Notes under the pieces: model-generated
Database searches by the model: none
Seen by the model: only the letters and a program-made list of their open reading frames with translations
Told to the model about the DNA's origin: nothing
NCBI GenBank assembly: GCA_965205265.1
Contig: CBDBGH010000003.1
Location: forward strand, 3,104,001-3,168,000
Length of the DNA stretch: 64,000 nucleotides
Direction of reading: 5' to 3'
DNA from: Alphaproteobacteria bacterium
GTDB taxonomy: Bacteria > Pseudomonadota > Alphaproteobacteria > Bin95
Translations under genes and position numbers: made by a program
Shown: in pieces, positions 20,676-29,653 of the stretch
How the letters are laid out: every line of letters starts with the position of its first letter
How positions within the stretch are numbered: position 1 is the first letter of the stretch

Positions 20676-21602
20676 GTGACAACGGGCGAGGAAAGCACCG
20701 TCTTCGAGGCCGTCGCGCCGCCGGAGGCCGACGGCGAGCGGCTGGACCGCATGCTGGCCCGCGCGATCCCCGAGCTCTCGCGTTCGCGCATCCAGGCGCT
20801 GATGGCGGAGGGGCGGGTGACGCCCGCGGCCCGCAAGGCGGTCGCGGGGCAGCGCTACCGGGTGAGCGTTCCGCCGGCCCGGCCCGCCGAGCCCGCGGCC
20901 GAAGCGATTCCGCTGGCGGTGGTCCATGAGGACGCGCATCTGGTCGTCGTGGACAAGCCGGCGGGCATGGTGGTGCATCCCGGCCCCGGCCATGACGGCG
21001 GCACGCTCGTGAACGCGCTCCTGGACCGTTGCGGCCCGGAGCTGACGGGCGTGGGAGGCGTTGCCCGGCCGGGCATCGTCCACCGGCTGGACAAGGACAC
21101 CTCCGGCCTCATCGTGGCCGCCAAGACCGAAGCGGCCCATGCGGGACTCCGCCGGCTGTTCGAGACGCATAACATCGACCGGGGCTATCTCGCGCTGGCG
21201 CAGGGCCTGCCTTCCCCCGTTGCAGGGAGGATCGAGGCGCCCATCGGCCGCGACCCGCGCCATCGCAAGCGCATGGCGGTGGTCGAGCGGGGGCGCGCAG
21301 CCGTCACCCGCTACCGGGTCGAGCAGGCGTACGGCACGCGGGCCTCGCTGGTCGCCTGCCGGCTGGAGACCGGCCGCACCCACCAGGTGCGGGTCCATAT
21401 GGCCCATATCGGCCATGCGCTCATCGGGGACCCGCTCTATGGCGGGCGGCGGCGCGGCATGCCGGCCTTTCCCCGCCAGGCGCTGCATGCCGCGCGGCTC
21501 GGCTTCCGCCATCCGGCGACCGGGGAAGAGATGCTGTTCGAAAGTCGGCCTCCGGCGGACTTTCATGAACTCGCGGTAATGTTGGAAGACTTGAATTTAT
21601 AG
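20676..21602 (+). CDS. rluD: RluA/RluD family pseudouridine synthase
   Basis: RLDRML, DKPAGMVVHPG, GIVHRLDKDTSG, TGRTHQVRVH, RQALHA; start codon approximate. Confidence 0.92.
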   Translation: MTTGEESTVFEAVAPPEADGERLDRMLARAIPELSRSRIQALMAEGRVTPAARKAVAGQRYRVSVPPARPAEPAAEAIPLAVVHEDAHLVVVDKPAGMVVHPGPGHDGGTLVNALLDRCGPELTGVGGVARPGIVHRLDKDTSGLIVAAKTEAAHAGLRRLFETHNIDRGYLALAQGLPSPVAGRIEAPIGRDPRHRKRMAVVERGRAAVTRYRVEQAYGTRASLVACRLETGRTHQVRVHMAHIGHALIGDPLYGGRRRGMPAFPRQALHAARLGFRHPATGEEMLFESRPPADFHELAVMLEDLNL

Positions 21603-21618
21603 GCTGTTCTTCCTATAT
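21590..21618 (+). promoter_or_regulatory. RpoH-type promoter upstream of rpoH
   Basis: CTTGAA-N16-CCTATAT matches the alphaproteobacterial sigma32 consensus. Confidence 0.65.
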
Positions 21619-21645
21619 TCAGGGCGTGTCGAGAGGGTTCGGACC

Positions 21646-22584
21646 ATGGCCGAAAACATCGCAGCCAGCCGCAATATCCCCGCGCTCAACGGCGAGAGCA
21701 ATCTCTCCCGCTACCTGCATGAAATCCGCCAGTTCCCGATGCTGGAGCAGGAAGAGGAATACATGCTGGCGAAGCGCTGGGTCGAGCATCAGGACGTGGA
21801 TGCGGCGCACCAGCTGGTGACCAGCCATCTGCGGCTGGTCGCGCGTATCGCCATGGGCTATCGCGGCTACGGGCTTCCGGTGAGCGAACTGATCTCCGAA
21901 GGCAATGTGGGCATGATGCAGGCGGTCAAGCGCTTCGACCCGGAAAGGGGTTTCCGCCTCGCGACTTATGCCATGTGGTGGATCAGGGCCTCGATCCAGG
22001 AATATATCCTGCACTCCTGGTCGCTAGTGAAGATGGGCACGACCGCAGCCCAGAAGAAGCTGTTCTTCAACCTGCGCCGGATGAAGCAAAGGATCCAGGC
22101 CATCGAGGATGGCGACCTGTCGCCCGAGCATGTCACGAAGATCGCCGACGAGCTCAGGGTATCCGAGGACGAGGTCGTGCAGATGAACCGCCGCCTCGCC
22201 GCGCCGGACCGCTCGCTGAACGCGCCGATGCGCATCGAGGGCGAGGGCGAGTGGCAGGACTGGCTGGCCGACGAAAGCGAGAGCCAGGAGGTGCTTTACG
22301 GCGAACGCGAGGAGCTTGAGCGCCGCCGGCGGATGCTCGCCGGCGCGATGGAGGCGCTGAACGAGCGCGAGCGGCGCATCCTGCAGGAACGCCGCCTGCG
22401 CGAGGACCCGGCGACGCTTGAGGACCTCAGCGGCGAATTCGGCGTGAGCCGCGAGCGCATCCGCCAGATCGAGGTGCGCGCCTTCGAGAAGCTCCAGCGC
22501 GCCGTCCGCGATGCGGTCGTGCAGGACCGGTTGCACGCCGAGCGGGCGATAGACGCAGGCGTGGGCGCCGCTACAGGGGCGTAA
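21646..22584 (+). CDS. rpoH: RNA polymerase sigma factor RpoH (sigma32)
   Basis: RpoH box QKKLFFNLR, GFRLATYAMWWIRA, VSRERIRQIE. Confidence 0.97.
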   Translation: MAENIAASRNIPALNGESNLSRYLHEIRQFPMLEQEEEYMLAKRWVEHQDVDAAHQLVTSHLRLVARIAMGYRGYGLPVSELISEGNVGMMQAVKRFDPERGFRLATYAMWWIRASIQEYILHSWSLVKMGTTAAQKKLFFNLRRMKQRIQAIEDGDLSPEHVTKIADELRVSEDEVVQMNRRLAAPDRSLNAPMRIEGEGEWQDWLADESESQEVLYGEREELERRRRMLAGAMEALNERERRILQERRLREDPATLEDLSGEFGVSRERIRQIEVRAFEKLQRAVRDAVVQDRLHAERAIDAGVGAATGA

Positions 22585-22598
22585 GCGCCGCCGCGGCT

Positions 22599-23237
22599 CT
22601 ACCCCGCCTTCGAGAAGTCTCCGGTCTCCGGGTCCATCGTCCAGAGGTCCCCTTCGGCGATGTCGAACCAGGCGCCGTGCAGGCTGAGGCCGCCGCGCCC
22701 CTCTAGGATCGAGACGAAGGGGAAGGTCCGGAGATTCGCGACCGACTGGCGGATCGAGGCGCGTTCGAGCGCGGTCTGCCGCTCCGCATCGCTCAGCTCC
22801 CCGCGGCCCGTTACCGCCTCGGCGGCGGGGCCGAGCCGGTTCATCCACCTGCCGATGAAGTCATCCGGGGACAACGGGTCCTCCGGCGGCTGGAGCGCCG
22901 CGCCGATGCCGCCGCAGCGTGCATGTCCGAGCACGACGATATGCCGGACCTTCAGGCCCTGCACCGCGAATTCGAGCGCGGCGGAAGTCGAACGGCAGCC
23001 ATCGTCCGACCCGCAGGGCGGCACCAGATTGGCGACATTGCGGAGGACGAAGAGCGCGCCCGGCCCGGCATCGAAGATCGTCTCCGGGGCCGCCCGCGAG
23101 TCGCAGCAGGCGATGACCATGACCTCTGGCGCCTGCCCCTGCTCGGCAAGCCGGCGGTAGCGGTCCTGTTCCCTGGCGTAGCGGCCGTCCCTGAACGAGC
23201 GGTAGCCCTCGAGGAGCGGTTCCGGGAAACCTGTCAT
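22599..23237 (-). CDS. beta-class carbonic anhydrase
   Basis: ACCDSR, RNVAN, HARCGG zinc ligands. Confidence 0.93.
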   Translation of the reverse strand: MTGFPEPLLEGYRSFRDGRYAREQDRYRRLAEQGQAPEVMVIACCDSRAAPETIFDAGPGALFVLRNVANLVPPCGSDDGCRSTSAALEFAVQGLKVRHIVVLGHARCGGIGAALQPPEDPLSPDDFIGRWMNRLGPAAEAVTGRGELSDAERQTALERASIRQSVANLRTFPFVSILEGRGGLSLHGAWFDIAEGDLWTMDPETGDFSKAG

Positions 23238-23334
23238 GGCGGATAACCTTCCTGGGCGCCGGCTTGAAGCGGATGCAAGGCGCTCCATATCGCCTGCGAG
23301 CGACAACGACAACCGACGGACCCGGGAGCGCCCC

Positions 23335-24021
23335 ATGCCATTCCACACAGGCTTCCTGCTCTTTCCCGACATCACCCAGCTCGACATGACGGGCCCGTAT
23401 GAGGTCTTCGCCAAGTTCCCGGATTCGCGGGTCCACCTTCTCTGGAAGACCCTCGACCCCGTAACGGCCGCGGGCGGCATGCAGCTGCTGCCCAGCACGA
23501 CCTTCGCCGAGTGCCCGCAGCTCGATCTCGTCTGCGTGCCGGGCGGCGCGGGCATGAACGCGCTCCTCAACGACGAAGAGGTGCTGGACTTCCTGCGCCG
23601 CCAGGCGCCGGGCGCGCGCTATGTCACCTCCGTGTGCACGGGCTCGCTGGTGCTGGGCGCGGCGGGGCTGCTGCGCGGCAGGCGGGCCACGACGCACTGG
23701 ATGTCGCTGCCGATGCTGGCCGCCTTCGGCTGCGAGCCGGTGGCCGAGCGCGTGGTCGTCGATGGCAATATCGTCACGGGCGGCGGCGTGACGGCCGGCA
23801 TCGATTTCGCCCTGACCGTGGCGGGTGAGCTGCTCGGCGCCGAGGCGGCGCAGCAGATCCAGCTCGGCATCGAGTACAACCCGGACCCGCCCTTCGACGC
23901 CGGCAGCCCGGAACGGGCCGCGCCTTCGGTCGTGGCGGCGGCGCGCGCAGCGGCGGCAATGCGGCAGACGGAGCGCGAGGTCGAGGTCGAACGGGCGGTC
24001 GCGCGGCTCCAGGCCGGCTAA
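23335..24021 (+). CDS. DJ-1/PfpI family protein (isonitrile hydratase InhA-like)
   Basis: TQLDMTGPYEV, SVCTGS, ATTHW, GGVTAGIDF, EYNPDPPF. Confidence 0.9.
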   Translation: MPFHTGFLLFPDITQLDMTGPYEVFAKFPDSRVHLLWKTLDPVTAAGGMQLLPSTTFAECPQLDLVCVPGGAGMNALLNDEEVLDFLRRQAPGARYVTSVCTGSLVLGAAGLLRGRRATTHWMSLPMLAAFGCEPVAERVVVDGNIVTGGGVTAGIDFALTVAGELLGAEAAQQIQLGIEYNPDPPFDAGSPERAAPSVVAAARAAAAMRQTEREVEVERAVARLQAG

Positions 24022-24893
24022 TCGCGTATCCAGCCGGGGCCCCAGAGGTTCAGCGTGCGCTCCTCCGCCGGCCAGAGGCGGGGCGCCATCTCGCGCGGCA
24101 TACGCTCGATCTCGGCCGAGAGCTCGACCGGGTCGCCATGCGGGTCCCGGATCATGAAGAACAGGTTGTTGCCGGGGCCGTGGCGGCCGGGGCCCCACCA
24201 GATTTTCGCGCCGCTATTGGAGAGGTGGTCTGCCCAGTCGCGGATATCGGTCCAGCCGCCGGTCTCATAGGCGTGGTGGTCCGCCTTGGTCTCCGAGGCG
24301 GCGAAGACGGCGAAGCTGTGATGCTCCTCGTCCGAGCGGTAGAAGGCCACCCGGCGCGACGAAGGGTCGCCCATGTCCGAGAGCACATAGTCCGAAGGGG
24401 CGAAGCCCAGCACGTCCTCGTACCAGCGCATCATCGGGCCGAGGTCCCGGCTCGCCACCACGACATGCTGCAGGCGTGCGGTGAAGCTGCGGCCCGGCAC
24501 GCCGTTCACCGTCCGGATCGCCGGCAGGTCCCCGCGCGGCAGGCCGAAGACCGAAAGCCAGCCGTCCGGGTCGCGTACCGCCACCGCATCCGGTTCGAAC
24601 GCTTCCGACGGCGACGGTTCCATATTGATTCCCTGCGCCGCGATGAAGGCGCGCACGGCATCCAGCTGCGCGCGGTCCCGGAGCCGGAAGCCGTGATAGG
24701 GCCGGGCGCCGGGCTCGCCGCGACCGATCACGAGGCGCCGGCCGGGCCCCTGCAGCAGCCGGCCGCCATCCGGCAGGTCGAAGCTGTCGAAGCCGAGAAG
24801 GCCGGCATAGAAATCCGCGAGCCGGTCCGGGGCATCGCTGTCGAGGCGCAGATGGTCCAGCGGCGCGGGCCAGATGGGCGAGTCTGTCGGCAT
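24018..24893 (-). CDS. Two-domain VOC family protein (extradiol dioxygenase-like)
   Basis: LQHVVV, EEHHS, HHAYE, WGPGRHGPGNNLF. Confidence 0.85.
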   Translation of the reverse strand: MPTDSPIWPAPLDHLRLDSDAPDRLADFYAGLLGFDSFDLPDGGRLLQGPGRRLVIGRGEPGARPYHGFRLRDRAQLDAVRAFIAAQGINMEPSPSEAFEPDAVAVRDPDGWLSVFGLPRGDLPAIRTVNGVPGRSFTARLQHVVVASRDLGPMMRWYEDVLGFAPSDYVLSDMGDPSSRRVAFYRSDEEHHSFAVFAASETKADHHAYETGGWTDIRDWADHLSNSGAKIWWGPGRHGPGNNLFFMIRDPHGDPVELSAEIERMPREMAPRLWPAEERTLNLWGPGWIRD

Positions 24894-24977
24894 GCCTTGC
24901 CTCGCTTTCTTGCCTTCGGGCCCGGGGAGGAGGAAGATGGCGCCGGAAACCCTGAACGTTCGGGAGGATAGGCGAAA

Positions 24978-25961
24978 ATGGGCGCGGCACCTATTCCGGT
25001 CATCGATATCGGCCCCGTTCTGGCGGGCGAAGCCGGCGCGGCAGAGAAAGCGGCGGCCGAACTGTCCCATGCCTGCCGCAATGTCGGCTTCTACTATCTC
25101 GGCGGGCATGGCGTGCCGCGCGCGCTCGTCGATGCGGTGTTCGGGGAGGCGCGGCGCTTCCATGCGCAGCCGCTGGACGACAAGCTGGCGCTCCGGGCCG
25201 GGGCCGACAATGTCGGCTACATGCCCTATGAGGGCAGCGTTTCCAGGGCGTCGCGCATCTATCACGGCGACCGGCCGAACAAGAACGAGGCCTTCTTCCT
25301 CAAGCGGGACCTGCCGCCCGACCATCCGGACGTGTTGGCCGGCAAGCGCTTTCGTCCGCTGAACCGCTGGCCGGAAGAAGCGGCGCTGCCGGGCTTCCGT
25401 TCAACCGTGCTCGCCTATGCGGGGGCGATGGAGGGCGTCGCGATGGCGTTGATGCCGCTCTATGCCCGGGCGCTCGACCTCGCGCCGGACTTCTTCGACC
25501 AGGCTTTCGCCGACCCGCAATTCACGCTGCGGCTCACCCGCTACGCCGCGCATGAGCGTTTCGAGGAAGACGAATTCAGCCTGGCCCCGCATACCGACAG
25601 TTCGTTCATGACCCTGCTCGCGACGACCGATGTGCCCGGCCTTTCGATCCGGCTGCCCTCGGGCGAGTGGGTCGAGGCACCGTCGGAGCCCGACTGTTTC
25701 ATCGTCAATATCGGCGACCTGGGCCACCGCTGGACCAACGGGCGCTTCCTTTCAACGCCGCACCGGGTTCTCAACCGGTCGGGCCGGGAGCGCTACGCCA
25801 TTCCGTTTTTCTTCGACTGCAATATCGATTACGAGATGGTCTGCCTGCCGACCTGCTGCGGCCCCGACGACCCTCCAAAATTTCCGCCGACCACCTATAT
25901 GGACTACATGCTTTGGTTCACCGGCGTGAACTACGCCCATGCGCGGGAAAACGCCGCCTGA
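24978..25961 (+). CDS. Isopenicillin N synthase family 2OG-Fe(II) oxygenase
   Basis: IPVIDI, HTD, NIGD, STPHRV, RYAIPFF. Confidence 0.9.
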   Translation: MGAAPIPVIDIGPVLAGEAGAAEKAAAELSHACRNVGFYYLGGHGVPRALVDAVFGEARRFHAQPLDDKLALRAGADNVGYMPYEGSVSRASRIYHGDRPNKNEAFFLKRDLPPDHPDVLAGKRFRPLNRWPEEAALPGFRSTVLAYAGAMEGVAMALMPLYARALDLAPDFFDQAFADPQFTLRLTRYAAHERFEEDEFSLAPHTDSSFMTLLATTDVPGLSIRLPSGEWVEAPSEPDCFIVNIGDLGHRWTNGRFLSTPHRVLNRSGRERYAIPFFFDCNIDYEMVCLPTCCGPDDPPKFPPTTYMDYMLWFTGVNYAHARENAA

Positions 25962-26003
25962 ACCGGCGCCCGCCCGGTAACACGAAGACAACGGTCCAAC
26001 GCC

Positions 26004-27452
26004 ATGCGCCTTGCCATCGCCCTGATCCTGTTTGCAGCCATGGCGGCCGCCGCGCCGCCGCTTCGCGCCCACGGCACGCCGGAGAGCTTCGCCGAACTCG
26101 CCGAAAAGGCGCTGCCGGCCGTCGTCAATATCTCCACCCGGCAAACCGTGGAGCAGCGGCAGGTGCCGGACCTGCCGCAATTCCCGCCCGGTTCGCCCTT
26201 CGAGGAGTTCTTCAAGAAGTTCTTCGGCGACCGCGACGACCGCGAGGGCCGGCCGCCGCGCCGGGCAACATCGCTCGGTTCGGGCTTCGTCATCGATCCC
26301 TCCGGCATCATCGTCACCAACAACCATGTCATCGAAGAAGCGGACGAAATCCATATCCGCCTTCACGACGACAGGGAGTTCAAGGCGGAAGTCGTGGGCC
26401 GCGACCCCAAGACCGATCTGGCGGTGCTCAAGGTCGAGGCGGACGGCCCGCTGCCCTTCCTGGAGTTCGGAAACTCGGACGAGACCCGGGTCGGCGACTG
26501 GGTTATCGCCATCGGCAATCCCTTCGGCTTCAGCAGCACGGTGACGGCCGGCATCGTCTCGGCGCGCAAGCGCGATATCCGCGCCGGGCCCTATGACGAC
26601 TTCATCCAGACCGATGCGGCGATCAACAAGGGCAATTCCGGCGGTCCGATGCTGAATCTCGACGGCAAGGTGATCGGGGTGAACACCGCGATAACGTCGC
26701 CGTCGGGCGGCAGCGTCGGCATCGGCTTCGCCGTGCCGGCCTCGCTCGCCGCTCCCGTCATCGACCAGCTTCGCCGCTTCCGCGAGACCCGGCGCGGCTG
26801 GCTCGGCGTGCGCATCCAGAGCGTCACCGACGAAATCGCCGCAACATTCGAGGGATTCGGCGAGGCGCGCGGCGCGCTGGTCGCCGCCGTGATGCCGGAC
26901 AGCCCCGCCGACAAGGGCGGCATGCAGGCGGGCGACATCGTGCTGTCCTTCGACAGCAGGCCGGTGCCGAAAATGCGCGCCCTGCCGCGTATCGTCTCCG
27001 ATGCCGAAGTGGGCACGGCGGTGCCGGTCGAGGTATGGCGAAACGGCAGGGTCGAGCGCCTGGAGATCGTCGTGGGGCGCCTGGAGGAGAACGATCCGGC
27101 CAGCGCCCCGGCGGGGGGCGAAGCGAAGGAACACCCGATCGAGCTGCTGGGCCTCGTGGTCGCGCAGCCGAACGACGAACTCCGCAAGGAATACGAACTG
27201 GACGAGGAAACCCTCGAACGGGGCGGCGTGGTCGTTGTCGGGGTGGCGCCGGGCAGCGATGCGGAAGAAAAGGGCCTCGAACCCGGCGACCTCATCCTCG
27301 AAGCCGACCACAATCTGGTGCGGAGCGCGAAGGAACTGGAGGAGCGCGTCGCCGCCGTCGGCGAGGTGGGACGCAATTCCGTCCTGCTGCTGTTGAACCG
27401 CGGCGGCGACGACCGGTTCGTGGCGCTGCTGCTGAAGGCCGAAGCGGAGTAG
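26004..27452 (+). CDS. Do/DegP-DegQ family periplasmic serine protease with two PDZ domains
   Basis: Signal peptide; GSGF, TNNHV, TDAAINKGNSGGP, RGWLGV. Confidence 0.95.
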   Translation: MRLAIALILFAAMAAAAPPLRAHGTPESFAELAEKALPAVVNISTRQTVEQRQVPDLPQFPPGSPFEEFFKKFFGDRDDREGRPPRRATSLGSGFVIDPSGIIVTNNHVIEEADEIHIRLHDDREFKAEVVGRDPKTDLAVLKVEADGPLPFLEFGNSDETRVGDWVIAIGNPFGFSSTVTAGIVSARKRDIRAGPYDDFIQTDAAINKGNSGGPMLNLDGKVIGVNTAITSPSGGSVGIGFAVPASLAAPVIDQLRRFRETRRGWLGVRIQSVTDEIAATFEGFGEARGALVAAVMPDSPADKGGMQAGDIVLSFDSRPVPKMRALPRIVSDAEVGTAVPVEVWRNGRVERLEIVVGRLEENDPASAPAGGEAKEHPIELLGLVVAQPNDELRKEYELDEETLERGGVVVVGVAPGSDAEEKGLEPGDLILEADHNLVRSAKELEERVAAVGEVGRNSVLLLLNRGGDDRFVALLLKAEAE

Positions 27453-27457
27453 CGGTC

Positions 27458-28744
27458 TTGAACGGGCAGGCTGCCGGCCCGATCCGGGTCGCGCGTATCC
27501 GGATCGAGGTCTTCCGCGCGCCGATGCCGAGCCCCGTGGTGGTGTCGTTCGGTTCCATCGCCGAGCGGGCCGTCGCGATGGTGGCGCTTGAGGACGGCGA
27601 CGGCGTCGTCGGCCGGGGCGACATCTGGGGCAATTTCCCCTCGATCACCACCGAATACCGCGCGCGCCTCGCAGGCCGGCTGCTGCCGGACCTGCTTCTG
27701 GGCCGGACCGTGGACGACATTCCGGCGCATTACGCCCGGACGATGCGGCAATTGCGCGTGCTGGCGATCCAGTCGGGAGAATATGGGCCTGTGGCGGCGG
27801 TGGTCGCGGCGGCGGACCAGGCGCTCTGGGACCTTGCGGCCAGGCGCCGGGGCGTGTCCCTGCGCCGCCTGCTCGACGCCGCCGCGCCGAACGCGGCGAA
27901 TATTACGGATGGCGGCGTTGGCGCCGCCGCGCCGAACGCGGCGAATATCACGGATGGCGGCGTTGGCGCCGCCGCGCCGAACGCGGCGAATATTGCGAAT
28001 GGCGGCGTTGGCGCCGCCGCGCGGGACCGCATCCCCGCCTATGCAAGCGGCCTCAACCCCGATGACGGGCCGGAAATGGCGGGACGGGCGCGGGAGGCGG
28101 GCCACCGCAATTTCAAGCTCAAGGTCGGGTTCGGCGAGAAGACCGACCGGGGCAATGTCGAGGCGATCCGCCGGGACATGGGCGAAGGCGAGCGCCTGTT
28201 CGTGGACGCGAACCAGAGATGGGACCTGGAAACGGCGGAGGAGGCCGCCGGCTGGCTGGCGGATGCGGGCGTCGGCTGGCTGGAGGAGCCGATGCAGGCC
28301 GATGCGCCGGACGAACACTGGCAGCGGCTCCGCGCCGCCATGCGCCTGCCGCTCGCCGGCGGCGAGAACCTGCCCGACCACGGGCTCATCGACCGGGCGC
28401 TCGGCTGGCTGGACATCATGCAGCCCGATGTCGGCAAGTGGGGCGGCGTTTCCGACAATGCCGCCATTGCGCGCCGGGCGCTCGCCCGCGGCAGGACCTA
28501 CTGCCCGCACTGGCTGGCCGGCGGGTTGGGGCTGCTCCACTCGGCCCATATCCTGGCGGCGGTCGGCGGCGACGGGCTGCTGGAGATGGATGTCAACGCC
28601 AACCCGCTCCGCGACGCCGTGATCGGGGACGCGCTCAAGGTGGAGGACGGCCATGTCCGCCTGCCGGACGGGCCGGGCCTCGGCGTCGAAATCGACCCGG
28701 AGGCGATGGCCCGCTGGCGGACCGCTTCGGAAGAGTTCGCCTGA
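27458..28744 (+). CDS. Mandelate racemase/muconate lactonizing enzyme (enolase superfamily)
   Basis: ALWDL, YASG, FKLKVG, VDAN, WLEEP, GGEN, QPDVGKWGG, PDGPGLG; start uncertain (TTG). Confidence 0.88.
   Translation: MNGQAAGPIRVARIRIEVFRAPMPSPVVVSFGSIAERAVAMVALEDGDGVVGRGDIWGNFPSITTEYRARLAGRLLPDLLLGRTVDDIPAHYARTMRQLRVLAIQSGEYGPVAAVVAAADQALWDLAARRRGVSLRRLLDAAAPNAANITDGGVGAAAPNAANITDGGVGAAAPNAANIANGGVGAAARDRIPAYASGLNPDDGPEMAGRAREAGHRNFKLKVGFGEKTDRGNVEAIRRDMGEGERLFVDANQRWDLETAEEAAGWLADAGVGWLEEPMQADAPDEHWQRLRAAMRLPLAGGENLPDHGLIDRALGWLDIMQPDVGKWGGVSDNAAIARRALARGRTYCPHWLAGGLGLLHSAHILAAVGGDGLLEMDVNANPLRDAVIGDALKVEDGHVRLPDGPGLGVEIDPEAMARWRTASEEFA
27878..28022 (+). repeat. In-frame 45-bp tandem repeat, about 3.2 copies (AAAPNAANITDGGVG)
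   Basis: gccgccgcgccgaacgcggcgaatattacggatggcggcgttggc-like units at 27878, 27923 and 27968. Confidence 0.95.
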
Positions 28745-28838
28745 AGCCGGGCCGGGGTCCCGTTTGCGAGGGCCGGATGCTTCAGGGCCGGACCGGCGGC
28801 CGCCTCGGGCCCCGGACACCCCTCCGCGTCCATTTCGC

Positions 28839-28912
28839 CCTCATTCCGAGCAGCGGCGCCGGCCGCGTATCGAAGGAAGTCCGCGCCCTCTTCCACCTGG
28901 AACGGCCTTCGA
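28839..28912. repeat. Degenerate/truncated palindromic intergenic repeat (RIME/REP-like)
   Basis: cctcattccgagcagcggcgccggccgcgtatcgaagg...ccttcga; inner stem tcgaagg/ccttcga retained; family resemblance is from memory. Confidence 0.4.
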
Positions 28913-28973
28913 AGACATTCCGGACACTTACGGCGCGCTGTTCCGAGGAACGCTCCCTGGCGGCGAACAAACG

Positions 28974-29219
28974 TCAGGGAAGCCCCGCCGCCTTTCGGAG
29001 CGCGTCGTTAATGCGGGTTTGCCACCCGGGCCCGCCGGAGCGGAAGGCGGCAAGGATATCGGGATCGAGACGGAGCGTGGTCCGAACCTTCCTCACATCG
29101 GATTTCGGCCGCCCGCGGCGCAGCGGGGCCCTGGCGAACTTCGCTTGCCATTCGAGGGTGCTGAAATCCGGCAGGTCATCGTCGGAATCGGAGGGCATAG
29201 AGCTCTTGTTCACGGGCAT
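28974..29219 (-). CDS. brnA: BrnA antitoxin
   Basis: RRGRPKS...TLRLDPDILAAFRSGGPGWQTRINDALR. Confidence 0.92.
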   Translation of the reverse strand: MPVNKSSMPSDSDDDLPDFSTLEWQAKFARAPLRRGRPKSDVRKVRTTLRLDPDILAAFRSGGPGWQTRINDALRKAAGLP

Positions 29220-29454
29220 TGGCCTTTCTCATGCTGATGATACGGCGAGCGCCGCCACGCGGAGTCCACGCGACGAACACCATGCGGCCGGCCTGGAATC
29301 CGACTGTGATGTACCGGGTCTCGCCATAATCCCTGCGGTCGTCCTCGACCGTGATGGTATCGCCTTCGAACACGTCGCCTGCATCGGCCATGTCCAGACC
29401 GCGATCGCGAAGCGTGGCGCTGCGCTTGGCGGGATCGTATTCGATCCTCATCAT
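29176..29454 (-). CDS. brnT: BrnT toxin
   Basis: IEYDPAKR...RGLD...DYGETRYITVG...RIISMRKANARE. Confidence 0.92.
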   Translation of the reverse strand: MMRIEYDPAKRSATLRDRGLDMADAGDVFEGDTITVEDDRRDYGETRYITVGFQAGRMVFVAWTPRGGARRIISMRKANAREQELYALRFRR

Positions 29455-29653
29455 TTATGTCACTACAAAAAACAGGCGCCGTCAAGAGAGTCCATGCCGC
29501 TGGGAACCGTACAGACCGGGTGATCGTCCGCAAGTTACCGGTAACTGCCTTGAGTGCGCGTGCCTCGCGTTCTACGTTGCGCAGAAAGTCGACTGTCCCG
29601 GGCTGGACCTGCACAACATCAATGAATGGGGGCGGGCGGCAAGCGGGGCTAAC

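Noticed and set aside
27878-28022. Possible CRISPR array
   Set aside because: Units are contiguous without unique spacers, in-frame within a CDS, and no cas genes are present.
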